In this document: positions 30,266 through 44,404 of the stretch, in pieces | Position numbering within the stretch: position 1 is the first letter of the stretch | Layout: each line of letters begins with the position of its first letter | Assembly: GCA_964016885.1 (NCBI GenBank) | Contig: OZ024748.1 | Coordinates: 57,226,001-57,290,000, forward strand | Origin: Eledone cirrhosa | Lineage: Eukaryota | Direction of reading: 5' to 3' | Length of the DNA stretch: 64,000 nucleotides | Notes under the pieces: model-generated | What the model was told of the DNA's origin: nothing | Databases searched by the model: none | The model's input: only the letters and a program-made list of their open reading frames with translations | Position numbers and translations under genes: made by a program

Positions 30266-31202
30266 TATACTATAACTATACACATAAATACAGATGTAAA
30301 TACTAAACAGAATTATTTTTCACCTACTGTTAGAGAAGATCGATGTAAGGGAGATAACTTGATTAATTGGATACTTTTTTTTAGCCGATTAAAGATTGTG
30401 CTAACGAAGCGTAATTCAGAAAATAATTTACATTAGTTACCTCCCTTGATAGCTGTGATGAAATCTGATTTCTTATGAACCATTGTGCTGCAATAGGCAG
30501 CAGTTGTTAGCACGTCGGATAGAATGCCTTATGGTATTGGTTCCGGCTCTCTTCTCTCAGAGTTCAAATCCTACCGAGGACAATTTTGCCTTTCATCCTT
30601 TCGAGGTCGATTAAAAAAATGTACCAGACTAGCCCAGGGCCTCATTTGTCCTAAATCCAGCAGTCTGTCACCGTCTCTCCTTTCTCCTTGCTTTCGTGGC
30701 TTAGTAATCCTTGTCCTTTCCATCCTTTTCCTCTCATGTATAGTCTTTTACAATGTTACTTTCTTTTTCTTTGATTGATTTCTATTGATTTGTTTCTTCT
30801 GAATATTTCATATTCATATATATATATATTACACAAAGTGTGTGTATATGTACAAAAACATAGTTTGGGGTGCAATTTATATATATTTCATAAAATGTCT
30901 TTATATGTAGAAAAGGGAATAAATAAAAATAGATTTACGCCATGAAAACAAGATCCTCATCATATATTTTGAAAATACCGAAGGATTAGGAGTAATTTTT
31001 CTCATTGAGTTGATGTTCGAAACCACAGGTTTTTTATTATAAATGTGATGGAAAGGTTTCTACATAAATATAGCTTGTATAACAGAACCTTGGGTGGTAT
31101 CGGGTGGTTTCGTATCTAAATGTTTAAATATGTCGGATAATCCCGGAGGGAAGAACCAAGGGTAATCATTGTTAGAACGGTTGGGGTTTCAACCATTTAG
31201 AG

Positions 31203-31375
31203 CAGCGTTTCTCAACCTCTTTACCCTTGTGGAACTCTTGATATAGTTTTACTGTCTCAAGGAACCCCTACATAAACATTACTATATACCACCATTAATG
31301 TCTAAAAATATTAGCTTATTTATCACTGTTTCTCACGAAGCCCCTAATAACGTCTTGCGGAACCTTGGGGTCCCA
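31203..31375 (+). mobile_element. hAT/Charlie-like MITE fragment
   Basis: Starts CAGCGTTTCTCAACCT and has repeated ggaaccc subterminal motifs; other end lost. Confidence 0.5.
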
Positions 31376-31382
31376 GGCAGTG

Positions 31383-31629
31383 CCTGTAGGTTGAAGAAGC
31401 GAGCAAAAGGAAGAAAGGATCACTTGCACAACACGCTCTTGGAGTTGAGGGTTCTTCTATCTACGGGGTATTAAACAACCCATTTGTGGCGCCTCCCCGC
31501 TGTTGGGGATTTCGATTGTTGAATTTGTTTGTTCAAATTTTTCTTTTTACTTGATTGTATGTAAAATCTCCAGCATGTGTCCTTGTATTGTCCCCTTTTT
31601 TTGTGCGATCTTGTGGCAAATAAAGAAAT
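31383..31629 (+). mobile_element. Second 3' UTR copy of the same Tx1/L1 family; a third, more diverged copy is at 33584-33741
   Basis: Similar to 32884-33127; followed by (ATCT)n. Confidence 0.85.
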
Positions 31630-31697
31630 CTATCTATCAATCTGTCTATTATCTATCTATCTATCTATAAAAGATATCTACCTACCTACCTACCTAC

Positions 31698-31729
<32 letters not shown>

Positions 31730-31799
31730 ATATCTGTTGTCTGAGTGTCTATCTATATATATATCAATCCATCTACTAATCTATCTAACTATCTATCTA

Positions 31800-31880
<81 letters not shown>

Positions 31881-31940
31881 ATCTATCTATCTATCTACCT
31901 ATCTGTTTGTCTGAGTGAGTGTCTATATATATATCAATCC

Positions 31941-33127
31941 ATGAAGCAGGCTCCACTGGTGAGGAGATCCGTCTGCTGTCAACACCCTTCCAACGGAGGG
32001 CTGGGCATGCCGTGGCTAATGATGCGCAAACATGCGCTGAGGCTACGGCATCTCCAGGTATTCTTCAACGACCAACCGGTGTGGGCACCGTTTGTGAGAC
32101 AGGCCTTCCCACAACTCGTCTCGCTGACGGAGCTACAGTCCTGGGTCAAGCGAAGACCGAAGAAGATGGGCGCTTGGCACATTTAATGCGCTCAGTCGCT
32201 CACAGTCCTCTGTCAAGCGGGCACAGCAATCAGTGGAGACTCCACTTCGAGATTCTATAGAGGTTAGTACTTTACAAGTGCAACGACGTGGTCGGGGAGA
32301 CTCTAGGCGTCGAAGACGACGAGCTCACCAGTCTGTTCGGTAGGACTTTCCGCCCGGGACCTATGGACAACTTCCAGAGGTCCCTGGCCTGGCAGTGCCA
32401 CCGAGAAGCTCTAACCGTTCGAGATAAGATCTACAAGCGCGGACGCCCCGGCAGGGATCCTTCCAAGAGGACGTGTCCAAGATGCGAGCAGGACATTGAA
32501 ACCGTCTTGCAGGCAATTGTACACTTCCTGGGCGTAAGCGACCTGTGGAACTATGCAAAACAACTGCTGTCGCGTATGAGACAAATCCAGTTGACTGCCG
32601 AGTCCATAGTAAGGATCAAACCGCCAGCCTCTTTCAAAAATGAAAGAGAGGCGGTTTTCGTCTGTACGGTGGCTATGGTGAAAAAGGTTATATGGTGGAC
32701 GAGATTGAGGGAACTGGGGGCAGATGCCTTTCTCTCCGGACAACAATTGATACCCTTCTTTAAGTATCACTTTAGAAGGAGAATCAGAGTGGTGAGAGAG
32801 GCACTGCACCCCAGTAAATTTACTGAAAGGTGGGTGAATGAAGCGAAAATGACCCGAGTGATTGGGCCTTCCCTGTTTATAAGCCTGTAGGTTAAAGAAG
32901 AGAGCAAAAGGAAGAAAGGAGCAATTACACAACACGCTTCTGGTGTTGGGGGTTGTTCTATCGACGGGGTATTAAACAACCCATTTCTGACGCCTCCCCC
33001 CTATTGGGGATTTCGATTATCATAATTGTTTGTTTCAATATTTTTACATGACTGTATGTAAAATCCCCGGCCTGTGTCTTTGTATTGTCCCCTTTTCTTG
33101 TGCGCCCTTGTGGCAAATAAAGAAATA
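31941..33127 (+). mobile_element. 5'-truncated Tx1/L1-clade LINE (ORF2 C-terminus with zf-RVT and 3' UTR)
   Basis: QHPSNGGLGMPWL and LAWQCHREAL...CPRC...ETVLQAIVH...LW motifs; frameshift or stop; ends AATAAAGAAAT in an (ATCT)n tract. Confidence 0.85.
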
Positions 33128-33129
33128 TA

Positions 33130-33560
33130 TCTATCTATCTGTTTGTCTGAATGTCTATCTATCTATATATATATCAATCCATCTATCTATCTATACCATC
33201 TATCTATCTGTTTGTCTGAGTGTCTATCTATATATATATATCAATCCATCTATTATGTGTCTGTTTGTCTGAGTGTCTATCTATATATATATCAATCCAT
33301 CTATTATGTATCTGTTTGTCTGAGTGTCTATCTATATATATATCAATCCATCTATTATGTATCTGTTTGTCTGAGTGTCTATCTATATATATATCAATCC
33401 ATCTATTATGTATCTGTTTGTCTGAGTGTCTATCTATATATATATCAATCCATATATTATCTATCTGTTTTTCTGAGTGTCTATCTATATATATATATCA
33501 AGCTATCTATCTATCTGTTTGTCTGAGTGTCTATCTATATATATATCAATTCATCTACTA
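33130..33560. repeat. About 52-bp tandem repeat built on (ATCT)n
   Basis: atctgtttgtctgagtgtctatctatatatatatcaatccatctattatgt units. Confidence 0.9.
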
Positions 33561-33930
33561 ATCTATCTAACTATCTATCCATCCACGGGGTTATGTGTTA
33601 CCCATATAAACTGTCTCCCCCTATTGGGGAAAATCGACTAATTTTTAAATTGCATTTGTGATAACATTTTACACGTTTTTAAACTTCCCCCTTTGTATTT
33701 GTCCCCTTCTTTTGTGCCCCTGTGGCTAATAAAGAAACATATCTATCCATCCGCCATAATTGACCCATTTCTCAGCGCGGAACAATTCTCACATATGGCG
33801 ATCAAGACCTCCTCCTGTAACAAGATAACGTTACTAACATAATATTGTTTTGACTCTAGAACAACAGCATGTTGTAAATGTCTCATCTTCTTTTAGTTCT
33901 TAAGCTAAACAGATATGCTTGTGTGTGTAG

Positions 33931-34018
<88 letters not shown>

Positions 34019-34485
34019 AATGGAGTTTAAAAAAATAAAAGCTTCTTCTCTTATGTATGTGTATATATATATATATATAAATAACATCAACCGAATTTGC
34101 TATATATTTAATGGCTGCATCTCGGTTTCGAGAATTGCCATCGCTTGACCTTTTACTCATACGTAGGTTGTGGCTCGAACGTGACATTTCAACCTTACCG
34201 AGGACTAAGATTCATTTCTGTATATGTTGCAGTGAAAGAAAACCGAAAAGACTATGCTCATGCATGTCATTTAGATTAAGTGATACATGAACTTGAAGCT
34301 TTTTTAAGAAAAGAAATGATTTGCACTGGATCATTACGACTCTCTGAACAACGGTGACATCATCCAAAAAGAACAACAGGCCAACATCATTGGCTGACAT
34401 AGAATTGTTGGGTTTACGTCAGAGGTTTCCTTTTCAGAGAATGAAGTCCTAAAAAGAACTAGACGTCTCTCACATCCAGTGGGTT

Positions 34486-34531
<46 letters not shown>

Positions 34532-34824
34532 TGGCGTTGGTGTTGGATCGATCTCCGTCGGTTGAGACGACGAGTGTACCACTTGTTTGAACACTGTTCG
34601 TGAAATTATCGTGGTGAAGTGACTGAGCATTCCACAGAGACATACAGTTAATGTAGTTCTCAGAAACATTCAAACTACAACCTGAAATGTATTCTTATAG
34701 ATATATTTATTTATTTATTTATTTTATTTCTTGGGGTAAACAACAACCACGACAACAACATCAACAAATAGTGACTGTTTACCTACTCTGTCATCTTCTT
34801 CCTAGGCAACTTCAATTTGCTATT

Positions 34825-34999
34825 GAAGCCGTCGGCTTATACTCAGACGGACTTGCATATAAGTCGGTCCGAATATAAGACGACAGCCTCTCCTATTTTA
34901 TGTCTGAGAAATGGGCAAAAATCCAAACCCCACATATAAGCCGAGGCAGCTAATCAAAATATTGTTTAGATCTCGATTTATATGCGACTATATACGGTA
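34825..34999. mobile_element. pogo/Tc2-like MITE remnant
   Basis: Repeated tataagYcg motifs and terminal ...tatatgcgactatatacggTA. Confidence 0.55.
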
Positions 35000-36184
35000 C
35001 GTCTACACATGAAACAGTGTGAATATGCAATCCTACCCCCCCCCCCCATCACCGCCACTTAATCGCCTCGTCCACCACAATGGCCAACATCACCATTACC
35101 CGATCACTGCTTTTTCACTATCACTACAACCACCCCACCACTTTCTCACCATCACCAACATCGCAAACTCACCTCCACTTCTTCACTATCACCACAACCA
35201 CCGATCACCATCCCAACTGACCACCTCCACCATCACTAACCTCTACTACTCCTACTCCTACTCCAACAGCACCTTCAAAACCTGACCACCACTTCTTCGC
35301 AATGACCACCTAAACCCCGCTTCTTTCTCACCCCCACCCCCATCACCACGTCTACTACCACCTCAACTACCTCTAACATCGTCCACCACCACCATAAGAC
35401 AACTGTAATGAATTTGTTACTGAAAACAACAACAAAGAAACGTCTATCATAATGGCACCACCAGTCTTCCTTTTGTTTCTCAGGTTCTTAGGAAGCCATA
35501 TATAGCTAGAAAGGATGTTGTATTGGATGCACACGTAACCTTTTAGCCCACATAGCAATTAGTTGATCAATCACTCAACTAATACCTTCAGATAGATTTA
35601 GAATCAAAATACATTAAAAAAATCAATCAATAGATAGACAAATAAATCAAAATCCGACAAAGATTATCTCCCCTTTCTCACTCTTTTTTTTTTCTCTCAG
35701 TCTCGCTCCGTCAATTTCTCTTTTTCTTCCATAATTTCAATATCGTGATAATTGCTTCCTGATCTCAGGATCTCAACGTCTTTCTTTAAAACGGCGATGA
35801 TGATGATGAGAATAAGGATTAGTTGTAAGGAGATAGAAAAGGATAATATTGTTTTGGTTTAAGCTCAAGGCCAGCAATTTATGAGGAAGGAAATAAAATC
35901 GACTATATCGATCCTCTATACTTGATTCCTATTTTACCACATTGGGGATTAACAATATTATTTCCGTCTGGCAATTTCTTACCAAGTTTGAGAATATTCA
36001 CAAACATAATGGCGTCGGAAGCTATATCCGGTTGGTGATCTAATTTACTGACACTTTGATGTATAAAAAGTGTTGTTATTACGAATATGTAGCAAACATG
36101 GAGCACGAGAATGCCATGGTCAGACTCATCTGGGACATACATGTCTAGATTGACGAAGAAAGCTTTATTTATAGAAATATTAAT

Positions 36185-36369
36185 TGTTTCTACTTTAGGC
36201 ACAAGGCCAGCAATTATCCCAGTGTATTACTGGTACTTTATTTTATCGACCCCGTAAGGATGAAAGGCAAAGTCAACCTCGGCGGGATTTGAACTCAGAT
36301 GGTAAAGGGACGTAACCACGCTGGAAAGCATGGCGTCCGACCCTCTACCGATACTGCCAATCCACCGCC
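36185..36369 (-). mobile_element. Same Deu/Nin-like SINE, young copy with a 22-bp TSD
   Basis: TSD ctttatttatagaaatattaat at 36163-36184 and 36370-36391. Confidence 0.92.
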
Positions 36370-36519
36370 CTTTATTTATAGAAATATTAATACAAAGTAA
36401 TAAGGGGGACAAAAAGAAGAGACAAAAAAATAAAAGAAATAAAACGAAAAAGGAATTAAACAATGAAAGGAAGGGAAAACGGGGAGTTAGCGACATATTC
36501 TACACTCTAGTCTGGGGTG

Positions 36520-37060
36520 TGTCTCCCAGTATCTCCCAGTCTGAGCTGTATCTCCCAGCCTGAGCTGTATCTCCCAGTCTGAGCTGTATCCCCCAGTATC
36601 TTCCAGTATCTCCCAGCCTGAGCTGTATCTCCCAGTCTGAGCTGTATCCCCCAGTATCTTCCAGTATCTCCCAGCCTGAGCTGTATCTCCCAGCCTGAGC
36701 TGTATCTCTCAGTATCTCCCAGCCTGAGCTGTATCTCCCAGTATCTCCCAGTATCTTCCAGCCTGAGCTGTATCTCCCAGCCTGAGCTGTATCTCTCAGT
36801 ATCTCCCAGCCTGAGCTGTATCTCCCAGTATCTCCCAGCCTGAGCTGTATCTCCCAGTATCTCCCAGTCTGAGCTGTATCTCTCAGTCTCAGCTGTATCT
36901 CCCAGTCTGAGCTGGATCGCCCAGTCTGAGCTGTATCTCCCAGTATCTCCCAGTCTGAGCTATATCTCCCAGTATCTCCCGGTCTCAGCTATATCTCCCA
37001 GTATCTCCCAGTCTGAGCTGTATCTCTCAGTATCTCCCAGTCTGAGCTGTATCTCTCAGC
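36520..37060. repeat. Minisatellite of 20-bp and 10-bp units (ctgagctgtatctcccagY / atctcccagt)
   Basis: Direct reading. Confidence 0.95.
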
Positions 37061-37692
37061 TGCATCAAGTAGACAAAATGGTGAAGGTATTACCATGTAG
37101 AACAGCCAGCGACACCCGCTGCAACAGCCAATCTGCGGAAGAAATTAGTTATGTTCAGACCTGTAAAAATATGGGTTTCACCAAGTTTGAAATACCTAAA
37201 AAATAAATCATCATGGCGTCGTTACTATTCCATTAGACGTGGAGGGATTTTCTTTTCTCAATATATTGTTGGTAGTGATGGTTGGTGATGATGTGGTAGT
37301 GGTTGTAATAGTAGTGGTGGTACTGGTGATCAAGTGATGATGTGGAAGTGGTTGTGGTGCTACTGGTGATGAAGAAATTCGATTTGAATTATGCTGACCT
37401 GTCAACACTCCTCGCCCGACGGGGAAATATGTCACCCACATTGAGATGGGTGAGTGATGTCTCTTGTGAAAATGGATATAGCTTTTATTATGTGCCTCAT
37501 TTCTCCCCGTTTTGGGCCACTATTTTTCATGGTACTCTCAGTTTGGGAGTACCAAAGAGATCTCGTGTTTGATTCCTCTGAGTGGAATCTTAGACAAGTA
37601 ATAGTTTACTGCAGTCTCTTGTTCATACAATTCTGGTGGTTGTGTTGGTAGTGGTGATAGTAATGATGATGATGATCGTTTTAGGGGTATTA

Positions 37693-37806
37693 TTCACAGA
37701 TGGTTGGCTAATGGTTCATATTTGAGATATAGACCTGACTCGAGCAGACTGGTGATTTTATCAGATCTATATCACAAATTTGGACCATGAGCCAACCATC
37801 TGTGAA
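37693..37806. mobile_element. Hairpin element or MITE with about 46-bp imperfect inverted arms
   Basis: ttcacagatggttggct...agccaaccatctgtgaa; related end at 56868-56910. Confidence 0.65.
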
Positions 37807-37863
37807 ACGTACGTAACTGGTCAATAATCAATACATTCATGTGAAACTTCGTCTTGTTATACT

Positions 37864-37971
<108 letters not shown>

Positions 37972-38074
37972 CGACCGATAGATAGTATTAGCAATTGGAA
38001 AGACCAACGAAAACATTGTTCCCTCGGTCCGATTTGACGAAAGTCGATCGTTCCTATATATATATATATATACA

Positions 38075-38487
38075 CAAGGTGTCCACAAAAAGTGTATACA
38101 CATATTTATTAAGCTGGCGACATCTGACTTTGAAAGAAATATATATATATATGCCGGCCTCCCACGCATATCTGTCATTGTACGTAAAAGGAGAGTAAGA
38201 TTTGCTAGCCACTGCCATCGTGTCACTTCTGAAGCTGTGTTCCCATTTGTGCTTTGGAAACCACAAATAGTCACTAATAAAAGGGGATGCAAGCTCTCCT
38301 ATCCGGATGTCATCTCCAGAGATTCTGGTATTAAAATCCAGGATTTGCCAACGGCAATGAACGATAGACCCACTTGAGATCAATTGTTGAGTCCATTTCG
38401 ACTGAGGCTGCCGGATGATGATGATGATGATGATTTATTAGAATGCTGTTGAAATGTGTATACATTTTGGGAGGCAGGGACACCCTG
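38075..38487. mobile_element. Tc1/mariner-type internally deleted element; a matching TIR end also occurs at 17740-17772
   Basis: TIRs caaggtgtccacaaaaagtgtatacacat / atgtgtatacatttt...ggacaccctg followed by TA. Confidence 0.65.
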
Positions 38488-38962
38488 TATATATGTGTGT
38501 GTGTGTATGTGAGTGTTTACACACACATACACACACATACACAAAGTAAGGCTGAAGTGAGGAAAAAGACTAGAGTGGCCAGCGAGTGAGTGTTGGGTGT
38601 GATGGTGATGATGATGGTGATAATGAATGGTGGTGTTGTTGTTGATGGTGGTGGAGGGGCAAGTGGTGATGGTAGGGGTGGGGATTGTGATACTGGTGGT
38701 AGCAGAGGCGGGGATGATGCTAGTAGTAGTGGTGGTGGTGGTGATGGTGGTGCGTTCAGGGTTGATGTCAATAAAACAATATGAGAGAAACACACATCGT
38801 TTCCACTTGGGACTCCTTCAAGCGAATCTGCTCCGCCCGAAAACCACAGTAGGCGGCGGGATTCGGTTGTTTATATAATTTGACATCTGTATAAGGTGAC
38901 TGAGTAAAATAAAAGAAAAAAGGCTAACAGATATATAATAGCAGCAGTGCCCTCAATAGTCT

Positions 38963-38993
<31 letters not shown>

Positions 38994-39493
38994 GCTGCTG
39001 CTGCAGCTGCTACTGCTGCTACTACTACTACTACTACTACTACTACTATGTGTGTGTGAATATATATATATATGTGTGTGCGTGTGTGTGTATATATATA
39101 TATATATACACACACATATATATATGTGTGTGTGTGTGTAGGGACTGTTTGTTTACTTGTGTGTGTGTAATTAATACTCACCAGTACAAAGTCAACAATA
39201 TATACACCAACAAAATCTCTCCCCACCCACCTTCTAACAATGGAAGTTCCTGCTGTGTTTGAGGATGTTAACACTATATATATATATATATATAACAAAG
39301 GTAATGTGGTAAGGAACCAGATGGACCATAACGCACCAGAGTACTCAATACTTAGAGTAGTAGCGTGGGAAATAGGAAAAAGTATGACCCCGACGGCAGA
39401 GCTCAAGCCGTTTCGATGGCTATTTCTGGACTAATTTAGTTCAGAAATAGCCGTCGAAACGGCTTGAGCTCTGCCGTCGGGGTCATACTTTTT

Positions 39494-39528
<35 letters not shown>

Positions 39529-39581
39529 TCATACACATACTGGCAGAAACACACACAAACACTTAGGTACAATTACACCTA

Positions 39582-39608
<27 letters not shown>

Positions 39609-39614
<6 letters not shown>

Positions 39615-39659
39615 CTGATGATTTCTAAACAATGAAACAGTTCTAGTCCTGTAGAATAT
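39609..39659 (+). ncRNA. Type I hammerhead ribozyme, same family as 25339-25391
   Basis: ATATTC-CTGATGA-tttctaaacaat-GAAA-CAGttctagtcCTG-TA-GAATAT; weak stem II. Confidence 0.7.
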
Positions 39660-39675
39660 CATCTATATTAAAACT

Positions 39676-39747
<72 letters not shown>

Positions 39748-40005
39748 TCGAGGGGGAGTCAGACAGATAGATATATAGGTGTAATTGTACCTAAGTGTTT
39801 GTGTCTTTCTGCCAGTATGTGTATACATGGTCATGTATGTATGTTTGTCTGTATGGATGGTGTTCAGTTCAGGGTGACTGCCTGAATGGGTTGATGGTTT
39901 TTGAATTGATAATACAGAGTGTTGATGGGATCAAATGCTTTTATTGAAAGAACAGCAACTATCTGGGTTTACTTGTACTTCTATCTGAACCAACTGCCAT
40001 TGGGT

Positions 40006-40605
40006 TAACCCTTTCATTACCATGTTTTTCATGAAAGACTGCCTATGTTTTAACCCTTTCATTACCATATTTTTCATGGAAGACACTGCCTATGTTTTAA
40101 CCCTTTCATTACCATATTTCTCATGAAAAACACTGCCTATGTTTTAACCCTTTCATTACCATATTTTTCATGAAAGACACTGCCTGTTTTAACCCTTTCA
40201 TTACCATATTTTTCATGAAAGACTGCCTATATTTTAACCCTTTCATTACCATGTTTCTCATGAAAGATTGCCTATGTTTTTAACCCTTTCATTACCATAT
40301 TTTTCATGAAAGACACTGCCTATGTTTTAACCCTTTCATTACCATGTTTCTCATGAAAGACACTGCCTATATTTTAACCCTTTCATTACAATGTTTCTCA
40401 TGAAAGACACTGCCTATATTTTAACCCTTTCATTACCATGTTTCTCATGAAAGACTGCCTATGTTTTAACCCTTTCATTACCATATTTTTCATGAAAGAC
40501 ACTGCCTGTGTTTTTAACCCTTTCATTACCATGTTTCTCACAAAAGACACTGCCTATGTTTTAACCCTTTCATTACTATATTTTTCATGAAAGACACTGC
40601 CTACG
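40006..40605 (+). repeat. About 46-bp tandem array (about 13 units) derived from the left end of a piggyBac-like MITE
   Basis: Each unit begins TTAA-CCCTTT; MITE body continues at 40605-40900 with a duplication. Confidence 0.85.
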
Positions 40606-41826
40606 ATTTTCAAACACTTTTTTAAATAATCAGGAATTCAGAGGGATTTAATAATATAACTAACTTTCTCATTATAAAGCTGGTGTTTGGAGCATAACTT
40701 AAAAGTTCTTGCATAAATTTATGCTGGAATGTTTTCACGTATATATAAACTCTTTATCTCTTTCATTACAATATTTCTACTGAAAGGCATTGTCTATGAT
40801 TTTCAGGGGGATTTAATAATATAACTAACTTTCTTGTTATTAAGCTGGTGTTTGTAGCATAACTTAACAGAAGTTGATACATAAAATTGTGCTGTAAGAT
40901 GGTAAAGTGGTTGTGTTGATGACACAACAAAAAGCACTCAGCCCATCCTGTAAGTTGGTTCTGTTGGTGGCATGACGAAAAACACACACCTACCCAAGAA
41001 AATGCTTAGGCTGGTGACATGATTGAAAAGTACCCAGTCCAACATGTCAGTTGGTTGCTTTGGTGCCATGATAAAAAAGCATCCAGTCAATGATGTAAAT
41101 GTCAGTGACATTAGGGAGGGCATTCAACCATAGAAACCAAACCAGAAACAGTTCTATTTGAACAAAATACAGTCACCTAATCTGACTTTTCTCACAACAG
41201 GACAACTCGTCTAACCCATGCTAGGTTGTAAAATGGATGTTAAATGATGATGATACCTATCAATAGATTGTTCTCTGTGAGACATCTAATATTATTTTCA
41301 ATAGGAAACAATTGTAGATTGGTTGAACCAGTGGAACTATGGTCAAAATTACTGGCAATGATAAACATTTTAAAATATGAATAGACTATATTTGTCCCTA
41401 TATTCATACCTAAAGGGACGCAACACACATCGCTATAGCGTTTCACAAGCCCCTTCCTTCTGTTGTCTGTATCTGTTTATGTATTTCCCTATAGATGTGT
41501 GTGTGTATGTAACTAAAGTGTAACATACATTACAAATGGACTAAATGATGAAAAAGATTTCAAACTGTCTTAACTCAGGCTGTAACTCATGGTGTCTGAC
41601 ACTCTTACCAGTTACGTAGCCACTTCCTTTAAAATAAAGTTTGGTATTGTAGTACCAGAGTCAGTTTGAGATGTTTTGGTGTGAAAAGGGTAAAATATAT
41701 GTTATTATTGTATAGTTAAAACTCCAATACAAACTGCCTAGATCAAAGGTGGAAAGGGCAGGGTCACTAGTTGACCTTAGCTTATGATGTTGAGGGGGGT
41801 CCTACTCATCTCAACTATAGTTTATA

Positions 41827-42020
41827 TGTTCCGTTCTCCATGTTTGCATGGGTCGGACGGGTCCTTCTCAGCACGACATCTCTCCACACATTGTGATCCT
41901 TTGTCATCACCTCTGTGAGTCTGTGATTTGAGCTCAGCTTTCATAACCTCTACCCAGGTCTTTCTTGGTCTACCTCTACTGCGACTTCCTTCCACTGGCA
42001 TTTCCTGCACTTCTTTACCC
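41827..42020 (-). mobile_element. RTE-type LINE 3' fragment
   Basis: EMPVEGSRSRGRPRKTWVEVMKAEL; similar to 58705-58927. Confidence 0.85.
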
Positions 42021-43021
42021 AATGGTCTTTGTCAGTTCTATTACTTGTTAGTATATTCAAATAATAAGGTCTCTATGAACCCGTATACAATAATGTAGAC
42101 TTATAATTGTTTCTGACATGGGCACAAGGCCAGTAATTTTGAAAAAAATGAGAGCCGATTGAATGGAGACAGTATGGGCATGGTACTTTATTTTATCAAC
42201 CCCCAGAAGGACGGGTGTAAAGTGACTAGTGATAGGAAGGACATTCAGCCAAAACATTATGACAAGCACAACATAAGCATCTACAAAAGTAGATGTAAAA
42301 TGGTAATGATGAACATGATATCCTCATCATCATCATATATATATTTATATATACATGTATGTGAGTGAGTGTTTATTACATCACTGTCATTTCCTTGCCT
42401 TAAAGACATTTCCAAAGTCCCTCAGTGCCTACTTATAACAAACTATAGTTTTCACCAGTTGATACCAGAAGATGTTAATGTTCCATAACTAAGTATTAGT
42501 TACAACACAGCAGGAGTCATTCTTGGTTCTCTCACCATAAAACAATGAAGTTGACATTGGATAAGAAATGGAGAGGAAAGCTAATACATTCTCTAAGATT
42601 GATTATTATAAATGCTGGATATAAAAATCTATTCTTAAGGGTGTTAAAATTGCATTACACTCCAACTTGTTTCAGATTCTGACTATGGTGATAGTAATGA
42701 CAAAGTAACATGTTTTTTAACTAAACAGTATCCATATAGCTACACAATATTCAAAATTACCAAAACTAATGTGGAAAGTATGTGGCCTCCTGGTTAGGGT
42801 TAGGGTGTTGGGCTCACAATCATAATATCATGAGTTTAATTTCTGGAGTGGTCAGAGCATTTATTTCACATTGCTTCAGTCCTTCACTGAGCTGCAAAAA
42901 TTGAGTAACAGCAGCTGGGTTTTAAACCTGCGATAGACAGGGGTAATCTTTCCCCAATATGTGTGCCAAACTATTCTGCCAATTCACTGCTACCAATTTT
43001 TTCCACATATCTTTCATGATA

Positions 43022-43349
43022 ATCATTTTACGTCCGCTTTTCCCTGCTTGCAAGGGTAGGACGGGAACTGATTCTGGCTTGATTTCTACAGCTGGATGCC
43101 CTTCCTAACACCAACCTCATTTACAGTGAGTGCTGGGTGCTTTTTTGCCGTGGCGCCTACACGTCCACTTTACAGTGGAATGATATGGACCCCCAGTCCC
43201 TATCATCTCATTTCTACAGCTGAGTAAACTGGAGCAATGTGAAATAAAGTGTCTTGCTCAAGGAAACAACACATCACCCGGTCTGAGAATTGAACTCACA
43301 ACCTTTCAATTGCAAGCCCAATGCTCTAACCACTAAGCCATGTGCCTCC
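43022..43349 (-). mobile_element. CORE-type SINE with an RTE-derived 3' tail; near-identical copy at 47473-47812
   Basis: tRNA head, CORE segment, tail cccttgcaagcagggaaaagcggacgtaaaatga shared with the RTE at 58877-58910. Confidence 0.88.
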
Positions 43350-44404
43350 ATACATTCATTAATATGTCTGTTGAAACCATAAAACATTTGCACGATGTAT
43401 GTAATGGTCTTCGTTTAATGTATTCATAAAATAACAAAATAAAAATATTTTTATTTAAAAAAAATAAAACATATTTGTGATAGCTGTTTTATTATCAATT
43501 TTGTTTTAAATAAAAAGAAAATATTTGTTAAAATAGAAAAAAAAACAAAAAACACTGAAACTATAAATAGTTCTGTGTTTTTCTTGGACGGATAATCTGT
43601 CATCAAACAATGATAATAATAGTGTTACTAATGATAACAATAGTCTTAATAATGATGATAATAATAATAATAATGGCTTCTGATTTAGGCAAAAGGCCAG
43701 CAATTTTAAGGGGTGGGGAAAGTCAATTAAATCGATCCCAGTACATTACTGGTGCGTTATCTTATTGACTCGCGTACGGATGAAAGGCAAAAGTAACCTC
43801 GGCAGGATCTGAAGTCACAACGTAAAGCGCTGTAACTCTATGTCGTGTAACTATAATGGTTTTTTTATATAGGAACAAGGGCAGCAATTATCCCAGTGCT
43901 TTACTGGTACTTTAAAAGGAATAATAACAATAACAAAATTTTGCTGAGTCTATAGTGGAAAAATCAACCCCAGTTCTTGATCGGCATTATTATAATGATT
44001 CCTAATTTTGGCACAAGTCCAACAATTTTTGGAGAGGAGAGGAGAAAAGTCGATTACATCGAAACCAGTAAGTGACTGGTAATTTATTTTATCAACCCCA
44101 GAGGGATGAAAAGCAAAATTAATCTCAGCAGCATTTGAACACATAATGCAAAAAGGCCATAACTAAATGCCCCAAAGCATTTTGTCAGATGCTCAATAAT
44201 AAAAAAATAAAATAAAATAAAATAAATAAAGAGAAGCTAGGAATTACCATCAGGACGGGATTGTTAGAGAAAACAGCGTTGTTAGGAACAGCAAGGGTGT
44301 TAAAAAGTTAAAGGAGAATGAATGAGCCAAAGGACCTTTGGCCATTGGCTATGGCTCACCCTTTTGGTATAGTATCGGTATAATATCTGCCTGTTACGAA
44401 TAAT

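Noticed and set aside
38054-38383. 109-aa ORF considered as a host exon
   Set aside because: Lies between Tc1/mariner-type TIRs; more likely internal transposon sequence
41325-42490. Plus-strand acceptors followed by short frames (ETIVDWLNQWNYGQNYWQ*, LIPEDVNVP*)
   Set aside because: No upstream exons or homology could be linked; may be chance
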